This document shows positions 19,221-28,738 of a stretch of DNA of 64,000 nt, piece after piece. The notes below the pieces were generated by a model, which was not told the DNA's origin, did no database searches, and saw only the letters and a list, made by a program, of their open reading frames with translations. Numbering within the stretch: position 1 is the first letter of the stretch; every line of letters starts with the position of its first letter. The translations under genes were made by a program, and so were the position numbers. Origin of the DNA: a candidate division FCPU426 bacterium (GTDB lineage Bacteria; Oederibacteriota; Muellerivitia; Muellerivitales; Muellerivitaceae); assembly GCA_963738405.1 (NCBI GenBank), contig CAVTWJ010000012.1, positions 32,001 through 96,000 on the forward strand. Direction: 5' to 3'.

Positions 19221-19751
19221 TCAATAGGGGCGGTTCCAGCCCTTGTTCATAAAGTAATGGGTGGGACAGATATATTTGAAAAGGTCGTAAACCTTGTCCG
19301 CCTTGGTGACCCAGACCTCTTCTTTATTTAGGTCTTGTTTCATTTGTTTCCCGAACATGGCGTTGAAATAGTCGTCCGTGGCCTTGGCCTTTTCGGCTTC
19401 GGAATGAAACTGTTCGCGAATCTTCAGCAGTTCGCCCATATAGAGGAAATAACCTCCGCATTCGGGGCATTCGTTGATCAAAACTTCCCTTTTCACGCTG
19501 AAGAAATGCCGCATCATGACGATCTTGTCGGGACATTGGGGGCAGTGAAGGGGTTGGTTGACGTCAATCTTGATATTGGCCTTGTTTTGAAGCTGTGTCA
19601 GTATTTCCCCGTCGTACTCATCCGGCATGTCGATCTTGTCCAATTGGAAATGGTTGATCCATAATCCGCCGCACCCGTTTTGGCAGGCGTGCACGAGGAT
19701 GCTTCCGGCTTTTACTTCCGACAGGGCGTTCCCGCAGACGGGGCATTTCAT
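19221..19751 (-). CDS. Double zinc-ribbon (zf-TFIIB-like) protein
   Basis: MKCPVC...C.NGCGGLW and CPQC...ECPECGGYFL..GEL. Confidence 0.8.
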   Translation of the reverse strand: MKCPVCGNALSEVKAGSILVHACQNGCGGLWINHFQLDKIDMPDEYDGEILTQLQNKANIKIDVNQPLHCPQCPDKIVMMRHFFSVKREVLINECPECGGYFLYMGELLKIREQFHSEAEKAKATDDYFNAMFGKQMKQDLNKEEVWVTKADKVYDLFKYICPTHYFMNKGWNRPY

Positions 19752-19871
19752 ATCGCTTCCTTTCCAAACCTATCGTTTCGACAAAGCTTTCAATCGGGGG
19801 TTAGTTTAACACAGCTCCTAAAAATGGGCGCTGGTTGAAGGCCTTCCCATTTCTTCATAAACCCTTCAATA

Positions 19872-20465
19872 TCACTTCAGTCTTTCCTCCAACAATTTGA
19901 TCATTTCGGCTTTCTTCTTATCCCCGCCCATACTTCCATAGGCGCCCCAGCTGGTCCAATGGACCAGATCGATTTGAAACTTGGTTATTTCCGAAAGGTC
20001 AGCGCCCTTCGCGCTCAGTTCCCTGGCCTTTTTCCGCCACTCTCGGCCCGCTTCCAAATAGACGGCCATACCTCCGTCTCCGTGGGGCAAATGGGCCAAC
20101 AGCCGTACCGCCACAGCCTCTATTTCCAGGTTGGGGCCTACCACCTTTTTGAATGACTCCCGCAGAGTGTCCCGGGCATATTCCAAAAGCCCCAGTTTTG
20201 TGTCTTCTTCGTTTATTTCAGGGTCGCTATAGGAAAAACCGAACCTTTTATAGCTGCGAAAAAGGGCCAAGTTCCATCCCAAAATAAAGGTCGCTTCCGC
20301 GACCAGCAGTTCCTTGGTTTGTTCGAGGTTGAGGAGATGACAAGGTACATCGAAGAATTTTTCCAGCAGTTCGTGGCCGCAAATGAGGCAAAAAATCCAA
20401 CGCTTACTTTCACTGGGGGGTGGAAGGGTCTTGGGTTCAAGACAGAAGTGGCAGAGGCCTTCCAT
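19872..20465 (-). CDS. Hypothetical protein (N-terminal CxxC...CxxC)
   Basis: 197-aa ORF in the same orientation as its neighbours; no family recognised. Confidence 0.55.
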   Translation of the reverse strand: MEGLCHFCLEPKTLPPPSESKRWIFCLICGHELLEKFFDVPCHLLNLEQTKELLVAEATFILGWNLALFRSYKRFGFSYSDPEINEEDTKLGLLEYARDTLRESFKKVVGPNLEIEAVAVRLLAHLPHGDGGMAVYLEAGREWRKKARELSAKGADLSEITKFQIDLVHWTSWGAYGSMGGDKKKAEMIKLLEERLK

Positions 20466-20589
20466 TTAGACGAACCCTATGAATTTTTTAGTTCGAAATT
20501 GAATGGGATCACCCATTTGGTTTTAAAAGGTGATCCCATTATCGTTGGCTCGATGGACAAAACAATCGAGAATTTATTCAGCCCAGCCT

Positions 20590-20814
20590 TTAAACAGGAG
20601 CGATCGCCGCCGCCGCTTCCCGCACGGCGGGCAAGGGGATGGTATCGGAATCCTGCCAAACCTCATAGCCGTAAACATCCGTAAGAACCACATAACCGGT
20701 AAAATCACCGCTGTTGGCTTTAAAGAGCTCCGAGGCAATTTTACCTACTTTCGCGGTCTTTAAATTGCCCACTCTAAAGTCCAAAGCGAATTGTCTCATG
20801 TTGCCTGCTTTCAC
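20590..20814 (-). CDS. Small hypothetical protein
   Basis: Short ORF with protein-like composition; start uncertain (ATG 20799 possible). Confidence 0.4.
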   Translation of the reverse strand: MKAGNMRQFALDFRVGNLKTAKVGKIASELFKANSGDFTGYVVLTDVYGYEVWQDSDTIPLPAVREAAAAIAPV

Positions 20815-20853
20815 CTGGGTCGAGGCTACAAGCCGAGACCCATGGTTTGGTAA

Positions 20854-20878
20854 TGCCGGTTCCTTAGGGGAACCGGCA
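20854..20878 (-). terminator. GC-rich hairpin after the radical SAM gene
   Basis: TGCCGGTTCC-N5-GGAACCGGCA; weak U-tract. Confidence 0.45.
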
Positions 20879-20896
20879 CGATAAGAGATGAATAGG

Positions 20897-22546
20897 TTAT
20901 CCTGCCATCGCCGGCACAGCTGCCGCCGGCTTTAAGATGGTTTCGATTCTTCTTGGGAAGGCGCACACCATCCGCGGGTCGCCGTCCCTTTCCAGCTTCT
21001 TCACATCCGCGTCCAGCCTTTGTAAAATCACATCTCGGAAATTCTGGAAATGAAGGTAAAGGGCCATCAGCGAAAGCGCGTCCCTGAAGGCTTTTGGATT
21101 CTTCAACAGGGTCGTTATCAGCACCCGCCAATAGTGATAGCCGGTGGAAGGCTTGGACATCATCTGGGCCGTCAGGCTTAAAAAGCCCTTCGCGTCTTTG
21201 AAAATGTTCAAAAGGCTGTAATGCTGGCGCCGTTTGGTGGTGCGCAGCATCAGCGAGCTTCGAAGCGCCCGGCTGAAATATTTTTCAGGCTTCAGAATTT
21301 CCATCACAATCTTTCCGTAGTCTTTCAAAATATCAAGCCGGGGGCGGGTGGTGGTAAAGTTCAAGCCGCTCACGCATTGGTCCCCCGTCGTGTCGGTGGG
21401 GGTCTCAAAATCCTCGTCCAAACGGCCTTCGGCCTTGAGGCGCCGTGTCAACTGGGTGTTGGGCACGGCCAACATCAGGCCCACCATATTGACGGCGATG
21501 TTGGTTTGCTCAATGTTTTCAAGAATTCTTTCGGCGATATCGGGCTTTTCCCCGTCAAAGCCCACAATGTAGCCCGCCATCACAATCATGCCGTGGCGGT
21601 TGATCTTGTGGATGCTCTCGGGGATCGACCGGTGGGTGTTCTGGTGCTTCTTCGCGGCCAATAGGGCGTCCTTGTCGGGCGTTTCAATGCCCGTGAAGAG
21701 CCAGGTAAAGCCCGCCTCTTCCATCAGATCCATCAGCTCGTCGTCATCGGAAAGGTTGAGCGAGGCTTCGGTGCTGAAATCGAAAGGAAAATCGCGCTGC
21801 TTCTGCCACTCGATCAGCTGCGGCAATAGTTCTTTCACGGCTTTCTTATTGCCGATGAAATTGTCGTCCACGATGCCTAACTGGCCGCGGTAGCCCAGTT
21901 CGTACACCTTTTGCAGTTCCTTTTCCAATTGGGCAAAGGTCTTGCCGCGGGGCTTGCGCCCGAAAAGCTCAATGATGTCGCAAAATTCGCACATGAAGGG
22001 GCATCCACGGTTCCACTGGATGCTCAGGTTCAGGTAGTTGGAATATTTCAATAGGTCAAACCGGGGCGTGGGCGATGTGTGCATGTCGGCCTTGCGTTCG
22101 CCGGGCTGGTAGCGGTGCTTGGCCTCCCCAGCCAGGTAATCCTGTAAAAATTCGGGCAGGGTCACTTCGGCCTCGCCCAAGATTTGGTGGCTGGCGTGAT
22201 CATAAAGGTGGGGGCTGGATGTGGCGTCGGGCCCGCCGATGATGACGGTCTTGCCCCGGTCGCGGAAATAGTCAATCAGGCGCAGGTGCTCGCTTTGCTG
22301 AAAAATCTGCCCGCCGATGAAAACCAGGTCGGCCCAATCCACGTCCTTGGGGTTCATGGGTTCGACGTTCAGATCGTTTAAACGAACGTCCCAGCCGTCA
22401 GGCAGCATGGCCGCCACGGTAATGAGGCCTAACGGCGCCTCAGGGTATTTGGCCCCGACCAGCTCGCAGGTTTCGCGGTAATTCCAGAAGGAATCGGAGG
22501 TAAAACGGGGATAAATAAATAAACAGTTTTTGACGGCTGTATCCAT
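20897..22546 (-). CDS. B12-binding radical SAM protein (DUF4070/HpnP-like family)
   Basis: PLGLITVAAMLP, GGPD, RGCPFMCEFC (CxxxCxxC), VDDNFIGN, GIETP. Confidence 0.9.
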   Translation of the reverse strand: MDTAVKNCLFIYPRFTSDSFWNYRETCELVGAKYPEAPLGLITVAAMLPDGWDVRLNDLNVEPMNPKDVDWADLVFIGGQIFQQSEHLRLIDYFRDRGKTVIIGGPDATSSPHLYDHASHQILGEAEVTLPEFLQDYLAGEAKHRYQPGERKADMHTSPTPRFDLLKYSNYLNLSIQWNRGCPFMCEFCDIIELFGRKPRGKTFAQLEKELQKVYELGYRGQLGIVDDNFIGNKKAVKELLPQLIEWQKQRDFPFDFSTEASLNLSDDDELMDLMEEAGFTWLFTGIETPDKDALLAAKKHQNTHRSIPESIHKINRHGMIVMAGYIVGFDGEKPDIAERILENIEQTNIAVNMVGLMLAVPNTQLTRRLKAEGRLDEDFETPTDTTGDQCVSGLNFTTTRPRLDILKDYGKIVMEILKPEKYFSRALRSSLMLRTTKRRQHYSLLNIFKDAKGFLSLTAQMMSKPSTGYHYWRVLITTLLKNPKAFRDALSLMALYLHFQNFRDVILQRLDADVKKLERDGDPRMVCAFPRRIETILKPAAAVPAMAG

Positions 22547-22793
22547 GGCCGATCCTTTTTTTGAAGTGGGCTGGAGGGACGAGTGGGATCGGGCAGGTTC
22601 TAAAAGGCTGGATCAGTACTCTTCAACCGACTGAGGTGAGCTACTTAAGTTCATCATAGGAGGGTTCAGGATAAGAAGGTGATTAATCGGAGGTTTTCAG
22701 GGTAAACGTGACAGGCGCATGAAATAAAGAATGACCTTTACCACTAAAACACACACGCCTACCTAAAGGTTTGTTTGAAGGGGTTCCGAGCGA

Positions 22794-23081
22794 TCAATCC
22801 AATTTCAATAATCTTTCGCTTCGCCATACGCGAATAATCCAAATGTTTTTGGGATCGACCTTATAAACGAGCCGGTAAGGCGGCACGATCACTTCCCTTA
22901 AAAAGGGGACCCCGAATTCAGGGACAATTCTTCCCGACTCGGGGTATTTCGCGAGCCTTTCCGATTTACGGAGGATTTCCGCGATTAAGCGAAGGCCCGT
23001 TTCTCTTAAATTTTGTTCTTCGTAATAACGGAGAGAATTTTCCAAATCCTTGAGTGCGGATTCGGTGAGTTGAACTTTCAA
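22794..23081 (-). CDS. RelE/ParE-family toxin
   Basis: SALKDL...L.KYPESGRIVPE...REVI..PYRLVY. Confidence 0.88.
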   Translation of the reverse strand: MKVQLTESALKDLENSLRYYEEQNLRETGLRLIAEILRKSERLAKYPESGRIVPEFGVPFLREVIVPPYRLVYKVDPKNIWIIRVWRSERLLKLD

Positions 23082-23084
23082 GGC

Positions 23085-23354
23085 TTATTTCAAACCGAAT
23101 TTCACCCGGGCTTCCGCCACACTCAAGGTCTTGCCCTTTTCAACGTCCTTGAGGCCTTCCACCACAGCCTTCATGAAGGCCCTTTCTTCGGCTTGTGTCT
23201 CATAATCGGCGAGGGATTGAACAATCGCGACGCCTTTCCCGCGGCTCGTCAGCAGAACAGGACGGTGGGCTTCCGTAACCTGCTGAATCACCTTGGCGGG
23301 ATTAGCCTTCATGGTGGTCACGGGCACCACATCTTGTGAAAATTTAACGTTCAC
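23085..23354 (-). CDS. Phd/YefM-family antitoxin
   Basis: VPVTTMKAN...RPVLLTSRGKGVA; directly upstream of the toxin. Confidence 0.88.
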   Translation of the reverse strand: MNVKFSQDVVPVTTMKANPAKVIQQVTEAHRPVLLTSRGKGVAIVQSLADYETQAEERAFMKAVVEGLKDVEKGKTLSVAEARVKFGLK

Positions 23355-23482
23355 GGGAATCTCCTGGATAGTGTATTCCTAAGACCACTTAACAGGTCTT
23401 AACACGGGTCTCTTAACAGCACCTATTCTAGGTCCGCTCGGGTTGAATTCAAGAGACAATTGAAATGGGTATTGGGGCAAAT

Positions 23483-23519
23483 AAAAAAGCCTCGGGGCGA
23501 ATGCCTCGAGGCTTTTTTT
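23483..23519. terminator. Bidirectional-type intrinsic terminator
   Basis: A6-GCCTCGGGGC-GAAT-GCCTCGAGGC-T7. Confidence 0.75.
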
Positions 23520-23537
23520 CGGATAGAAGAAAAAGAA

Positions 23538-24131
23538 TTATGGGCAGGTCGTGGCGTAAACATTCAGGGTGCGGGCATAGCTTGTTCCCCCCGACGGAAA
23601 GGTATCCGGGAAAACCCCGTAACCGCCGCTGGAGGTAAGAAAGAAGGATGTTCCCCCGGTGTTGCTATTGTACCCGCCGCCGGCGTTGGAAAACTCGAAA
23701 CAAATAAAATAGACCCCCGCCGGTAAAAGAATATCGGGCACGCTAGCGGTGGTCCAGGCGAGGTTTTGGGTCAAATCCAGAGGAAGGGTCTGGTAGATAA
23801 GGTTCGTCGGGTAATTACCGCTGGCGTTGTAGAGGGCCATAATGATCTGGTCGGTCGTGCCCGACCCATAGGGCCCCTCGCCGTAGAAGGAGAGGTTGGT
23901 GATGGTTTCGGTGGCCGCGAAGGTCACGGCCTGGGAGTAAAAATAGTTGATCGCCCCGCCCGCGTTAGTGTTTCCAATGGCGCTCAGGCCTTGGGAGCTG
24001 GGGTTGGAACAAAGCCCCGAGGGGCCGCTGGGTGAATTACTGCTGGGGGAGGAAGAACTGCCGCAACCGTTGATCGTGATCCACGCGATACCGATACAGA
24101 ATAACCCTGCCAAAATCACTGGCTTTTTCAT
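23538..24131 (-). CDS. Putative lipoprotein, Ser/Gly-rich
   Basis: Signal peptide ending INGC, Ser-rich linker, beta-rich domain. Confidence 0.65.
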   Translation of the reverse strand: MKKPVILAGLFCIGIAWITINGCGSSSSPSSNSPSGPSGLCSNPSSQGLSAIGNTNAGGAINYFYSQAVTFAATETITNLSFYGEGPYGSGTTDQIIMALYNASGNYPTNLIYQTLPLDLTQNLAWTTASVPDILLPAGVYFICFEFSNAGGGYNSNTGGTSFFLTSSGGYGVFPDTFPSGGTSYARTLNVYATTCP

Positions 24132-24296
24132 AGAACGCTCCCCCGAGTTGTTAAAGGCGGGGCAAATTTAAGGGAATCCCATGTCAATGTCAATCAACCC
24201 ATTTTCGAGGGGTTATTTTGGCTTTTACCCTCCAAACCTTCTGACCCATCACTCCTCTCGTGGGTTCAGCCTTAATCAGCAACTTGTCCTCACCTC

Positions 24297-24731
24297 TCAG
24301 CACCAAAGATGATGGCGAATTCTAATAAGACGAAGGAGCATTTCATCCTCGAGGGCGTTATTTCTATCTTCCAGTTTCCGATGATAGGCGTTGGCCTTCT
24401 TATCTTCGTGCAGCACGACATGCAACGAAGACCTTCCATCCGGGTTGGGAACCCAAGTGTCCTTATAAGTCTTGGCCCATTTTTTTAAGGCTTTTTGTTC
24501 TTCCCTTTGCAGCCGGGGCCGCTCCACCTTCCAATATTGATAGAGGGCCTGAAGCTCTTTCCATTGTTTCCGATGGGATGTGTCATAATCGTAATCCACG
24601 ATCTTCTGTGGGTTTTCTTTTTCTATAAAATCCACCAGCAGTTGAAAACAGGCGTAAAGCATCACCCGGTCCTTGTCGCACCACTCGCTCCTCTTCTTTA
24701 ACGCTGTAATTCTAAGAACATTACCTTTCAT
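24297..24731 (-). CDS. Hypothetical protein
   Basis: 144-aa ORF overlapping the stop of the upstream BRO gene (ATGA). Confidence 0.65.
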   Translation of the reverse strand: MKGNVLRITALKKRSEWCDKDRVMLYACFQLLVDFIEKENPQKIVDYDYDTSHRKQWKELQALYQYWKVERPRLQREEQKALKKWAKTYKDTWVPNPDGRSSLHVVLHEDKKANAYHRKLEDRNNALEDEMLLRLIRIRHHLWC

Positions 24732-25627
24732 CGTGATCGCCTTTTGAGTTTTTTTCGCTCGGAACCTTTATCGGGTATCGTCGGGCCCTCGATCTTTTTC
24801 AGGTCCCCTTTGGGCGGCAAGAAATTCTCGCCTGTCACAACCTTTCGTCCGGTCTTACTTTCAAGTTCCAAACGCGCACCCCGGGCAATTCCGCCCCCCT
24901 TTTGTCCGGCCGCCTTGTTCGGCTCCAAGCCAACCGCGCTTTCGGTTTCCGCGATTTGACGGGTGGAAAGCTCGGCCAGGGCCGTGAAGATCAACTCCGC
25001 CTCCGTCATGTGGTCGCGAAGGTTCTGGGTTTTGAGGCCCTTCAACTTCTTGTGGCCTTTCACCGAAACGTCGGCCCATTCCCGGTGGATCAGGTCCGTC
25101 AATAACGCGTATTCGGCGTCGCCCTTAATCTCATGGTCTTTCCAGTAATCCGTCAGCTTATTGCGGGTTTCCTGACCCATCATCCGCTGTTGTACCCACT
25201 TCTCGCTTCGGCCCTGCCGCTTCCAGTATTCCCTTGCCCGGTCCAGGGATAGGGCGGGGTCCGCCATATCCTTCAGGCGTTCATGGCCCACCTTGGCCAG
25301 CCAAAGCTTCAAGGGCTCGGCCTTGGGGCTGGGGACGGATTGGACCAGCCTTAATAGCGTTTCGGAGTTCGCCACATCCGTCAGGTATTCTTTTCCGTCC
25401 GGAGCTGCCAATTTCAGGGCGTTACAGTTTGTAACGACCTGGCTTCCTTCCTTTTTCAGGCGATGCTTCAGGACCCTCCAATAAACACCGGCTTTTTGGA
25501 AAGAGGATTGTTGAGTCAAAGCGCCGACGACATCTACGACGGAGAAGAACCATTCTTGTTTCTTTTCGTCGAATACACGGCGTATCTTGAAATTCTCAAA
25601 GACCGTCACTGATTTTTCCAATTCCAT
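24728..25627 (-). CDS. BRO-N family (phage antirepressor-like) protein
   Basis: IRR.FD...WFFSVVDVV..L, LK..APDGK..LTD, RLVQSVPSPKAEP.KLWLA, LRDHMT..ELIF. Confidence 0.85.
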   Translation of the reverse strand: MELEKSVTVFENFKIRRVFDEKKQEWFFSVVDVVGALTQQSSFQKAGVYWRVLKHRLKKEGSQVVTNCNALKLAAPDGKEYLTDVANSETLLRLVQSVPSPKAEPLKLWLAKVGHERLKDMADPALSLDRAREYWKRQGRSEKWVQQRMMGQETRNKLTDYWKDHEIKGDAEYALLTDLIHREWADVSVKGHKKLKGLKTQNLRDHMTEAELIFTALAELSTRQIAETESAVGLEPNKAAGQKGGGIARGARLELESKTGRKVVTGENFLPPKGDLKKIEGPTIPDKGSERKKLKRRSR

Positions 25628-25847
25628 ACCAATCTCCCAGTTTTTTTGCCCATTTGTTGACGTCAACGATATGTTTTTCAGAGTCTCCGCCAAAAAGAAT
25701 ACGGGTGTATACTATTCAAAAAACAGGCCGGAGACAAGATGAATTTGGGGAGGGTTTCGGCTAGTTGTGAAATGGAGGGGCCAATTCATTGAAACTTTCC
25801 CGGCGCCGGCCCCGTATATTCCCTCGAACGCAAATCCAGGAGAATCC

Positions 25848-26588
25848 ATGAAATTACCTTCCCTCCTCGCCCTATTCGCCCTCTTCCCTTTCCAGGGCGC
25901 GTGGGCGGAGGATGTTTCCATCCAGGGGGATGTACCCATCCAAAGGGATGCCCCTATCCTGGTGGAACTCTTCACTTCCCAGGGTTGCTCCAGCTGTCCC
26001 CCTGCCGAAAACTGGCTCAACACCCGGGGCATGGAACTTTTTAAGCAGGGCAAAATTATCCCCCTGGCCTTTCATGTAGATTATTGGGATTACCTGGGTT
26101 GGAAGGACCCCTTCTCTTCCAGGCTCTTCACGGACCGCCAGCGTTTCTATTCTTCCGCCTGGGGTGAAAATTCCATCTATACCCCCCAGATGGTCGTAGC
26201 GGGCCGGGTGGGGTTCGTGGGAAGCGACGGGGAGAGGGCCATCCAGGCCTTGTCGGACCCCGCCAACCAGACTGCCGGAAGGATCAGCTTGGCCCGCCTT
26301 AAGGGTATGCTGAAGATCACCCTGCCTCGGCCCCTCAACCCAAATGAAAAACTTTATATGGCGGTAATTGGGAATCAACAGGTGACAAATGTTTTAAGGG
26401 GCGAAAACGCCGGGAAGACCTTGGAGGAAAACTTCGTGGTCACCCATCTTCAGGAACTCCATTCCACTCAGGTCAACGAATTGAGTGTGCCGGTTCCTAC
26501 AGGAAACGGCATAGAGGGCATGGCCGTTTTCACGCAGGATGAAATGAATATGCAAATCACCGCCGTGGGGTGGATGGGTTTGAAATGA
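25848..26588 (+). CDS. DUF1223 thioredoxin-like secreted protein
   Basis: ELFTSQGCSSCPPA, FHVDYWDYLGWKDPF, YTPQ, GENAG; AGGAG RBS before ATG 25848. Confidence 0.9.
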   Translation: MKLPSLLALFALFPFQGAWAEDVSIQGDVPIQRDAPILVELFTSQGCSSCPPAENWLNTRGMELFKQGKIIPLAFHVDYWDYLGWKDPFSSRLFTDRQRFYSSAWGENSIYTPQMVVAGRVGFVGSDGERAIQALSDPANQTAGRISLARLKGMLKITLPRPLNPNEKLYMAVIGNQQVTNVLRGENAGKTLEENFVVTHLQELHSTQVNELSVPVPTGNGIEGMAVFTQDEMNMQITAVGWMGLK

Positions 26589-26727
26589 GAACATCGAAAC
26601 GGGAATGAGACGCCTGCTGCGAGACAACGGGTCGAGCAGCAAGACTTGGCAGTCCCAATTCCTAGCGGGAATTGGGAAAAAAGGCCCCCTTTTCTTAAAA
26701 GAGGGCCTTAAACACGAAAAAGTGTTT

Positions 26728-27462
26728 TTAGACCTGGGCCATTCCCCCGTCCACGAACAATTCGGCGCCCGTGACGAAACTGGAATCATCCGAGGCCAAA
26801 TAAACCGCGGCCTTGGCGATCTCATCCGGCTCGCCCATGCGCCCCAGGGGAACCTGGGAAACGATCTGGTCGATCATGGCCTGCGGGGCCCCGGCCAGGA
26901 TAGGGGTTTTAATGGGCCCCGGGCTGATCACGTTCACCCGGATCTTGCGGCCCTTCAGGTCGGTCGTCAGGCTTCGGGCGAAGGACCGCAGGGCGGCCTT
27001 GGTGGCGTTGTAAACGCTGAAATTGGCCAGGCCCATGCTTCCGGCCACCGACCCGGTCATGATGATCGATCCCCCGTTTTTAAAAAGAGGCAAAGCCTTT
27101 TGAATGGAAAAAAGCACGCCCTTCACGTTGGTCGCGAAGGTCTTGTCGTAATGGTCCTCGGTCAGCTGGTCGATATGCACCCACTCGCCCCCGCCCGCGT
27201 TGGCGAAAAGAATGTCCAGATGCCCTTTTTTCTCCTTCACGGTCGTAAAAAGGGCGTCCAGGTCTTTCATATTGGAAACATCCCCGCGGAAAGCCTTTGC
27301 CTCCGGCCCCAATTCCTTCACGGCCTCATCCAGTTCCTTCTGCCGGCGGCCCGTGATAATCACATGGGCCCCTTCCTCAACAAACCGCTTGGCCGTGGCA
27401 AAACCGATCCCCGTGGACCCGCCCGTAATCACCGCTACTTTCCCTTCCAGTTTCTTGCTCAT
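26728..27462 (-). CDS. SDR family oxidoreductase
   Basis: TGGSTGIG, ANAG, YNATK, RVNVISPG. Confidence 0.95.
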   Translation of the reverse strand: MSKKLEGKVAVITGGSTGIGFATAKRFVEEGAHVIITGRRQKELDEAVKELGPEAKAFRGDVSNMKDLDALFTTVKEKKGHLDILFANAGGGEWVHIDQLTEDHYDKTFATNVKGVLFSIQKALPLFKNGGSIIMTGSVAGSMGLANFSVYNATKAALRSFARSLTTDLKGRKIRVNVISPGPIKTPILAGAPQAMIDQIVSQVPLGRMGEPDEIAKAAVYLASDDSSFVTGAELFVDGGMAQV

Positions 27463-27515
27463 GCCGCTCCCCTTTTAACTGTAATTTTGTTTGTAACAAT
27501 ACCCCGCAAAAAAAA

Positions 27516-27935
27516 TCACCGGCCCACCGCGTCGGCGATCACTTCCGAAAGCCTCACCTTCCCCAAACTTTCCTCCATCGTCTTCTGCGTTCGGCTTAAA
27601 ACCCTCTCCAGGCTCGACTTGATCCCGCAGCTTACCGGGCAGAAGCTTTGCGTGGGATAGGTGTGGATGGCGAAAGCCTTCGGGGCCTCGACCGCCCGGT
27701 AGATATCAAGCAAGGTCACCTGCTCCGCTTTTCGGCTTATGGAACATTTCCCCAGCTTGCCGGTCGTGGTGCTCACCAGCCCCGCCTTGGAAAGCTTGGC
27801 CATCGTTCGGCGGACAAAACTCGGCGAGGCATTGATGCTTTTGGAAAGGTCCGAAGAGGTGACGCCCTTTCCCCCGTGGTGCCCCAAACCCGCCATCAAA
27901 TGCACCGCGATGGAAAACTGGTTGTTGATCGCCAT
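27516..27935 (-). CDS. Rrf2 family transcriptional regulator
   Basis: FSIAVH, S.DL..SIN.SPSFVRR, VTLLDIYRAVE, C.V. Confidence 0.9.
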   Translation of the reverse strand: MAINNQFSIAVHLMAGLGHHGGKGVTSSDLSKSINASPSFVRRTMAKLSKAGLVSTTTGKLGKCSISRKAEQVTLLDIYRAVEAPKAFAIHTYPTQSFCPVSCGIKSSLERVLSRTQKTMEESLGKVRLSEVIADAVGR

Positions 27936-27960
27936 ACTGTTACTATATTTATCACAGTAT
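27934..27960. promoter_or_regulatory. Probable Rrf2 operator
   Basis: ATACTGT-N13-ACAGTAT over the start codon; a related ACTGTAA...AACAATA box lies upstream of the SDR gene (~27478-27501). Confidence 0.5.
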
Positions 27961-28086
27961 GGAAGTCAAATGAAATCATTCCGTCCCATGGTCATCACCA
28001 AAAGCCATATTCTCATGCCAGCCTATACCCATCTCTTACCTTCCCAGTAAGCGGCGGGAATTGGGATTTCTTCGGTTCCGATTTAA

Positions 28087-28116
28087 TTGCGTTGTAACTA
28101 CATTGTAGTTTATAAT
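28087..28116 (+). promoter_or_regulatory. Sigma70-like promoter with palindromic operator for brnTA
   Basis: TTGCGT-18-TATAAT; AACTACA-T-TGTAGTT palindrome at 28096-28110; ATG starts 7 nt after the -10. Confidence 0.6.
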
Positions 28117-28122
28117 CCAAAT

Positions 28123-28395
28123 ATGCTCATCATTTGGGATCCGCTAAAGGCGCTTGCCAATCATAAGAAGCATGGGGTCTCTTTTGAGGAAGCCCAATCC
28201 GTATTGGAATCAGAGGTTCAGCTGATTCTAGAGGATCGAGAACACGCGGAACCCCGATTCATCGCAATCGGAGTTTCTAAAAAACTGAACGTGCTGGTTG
28301 TGGTTTACGCCTACAGGGATGTCGACGTCATCCGCATCATCTCGGCCAGGAAAGCCACAAGGAAGGAACGGGAAAACTATGAAAAAAGAATATGA
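28123..28395 (+). CDS. brnT: BrnT-family toxin
   Basis: WDP.KA.AN.KKHGVSFEEA, E.RF..IG, IRIISARKA. Confidence 0.9.
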   Translation: MLIIWDPLKALANHKKHGVSFEEAQSVLESEVQLILEDREHAEPRFIAIGVSKKLNVLVVVYAYRDVDVIRIISARKATRKERENYEKRI

Positions 28396-28636
28396 TTTTT
28401 CTAAAGCCAAGGTTCACCGGGGTTCCCTTTTGACCCCCAAAGGGTCCAAGATCCAGAAGACTTTTCGGCTCGATGAGTCTGTCTTCTTGTGGTTGATCGA
28501 AGAAGGGAAAAAGCAAGGCATTCCCTACCAAACCCTTATGAACTCAATCCTCAAGCGTTCCATGTCGGAAAACTCATCTTTGGAGGAACGGGTCCGTAAG
28601 ATTGAGTTGAAACTGGGATTGAAAAAAACCGGTTAA
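28379..28636 (+). CDS. brnA: BrnA-family antitoxin
   Basis: MKKEYDFSKA...RLD...GIPYQTLMN; overlaps brnT. Confidence 0.88.
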   Translation: MKKEYDFSKAKVHRGSLLTPKGSKIQKTFRLDESVFLWLIEEGKKQGIPYQTLMNSILKRSMSENSSLEERVRKIELKLGLKKTG

Positions 28637-28738
28637 CCTAACGTGTAATGTGTATGCCAGGCTCCTTGGTTTTACCTAATTCATTACCTAATTGATTAGG
28701 TAATACCCAATTGCAAAAGGAAATGGGGATCCGTTCCC

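Noticed and set aside
20897..22546. Specific call as hopanoid methylase hpnP
   Set aside because: Only family-level motifs are visible and there are no hopanoid genes in the window; it needs phylogeny.
24728..25627. Prophage, suggested by the BRO-N gene
   Set aside because: No structural, terminase or replication genes nearby; this BRO family often occurs alone.
26605..27660. 351-aa + strand ORF
   Set aside because: Antisense shadow of the SDR and Rrf2 genes; no motifs.
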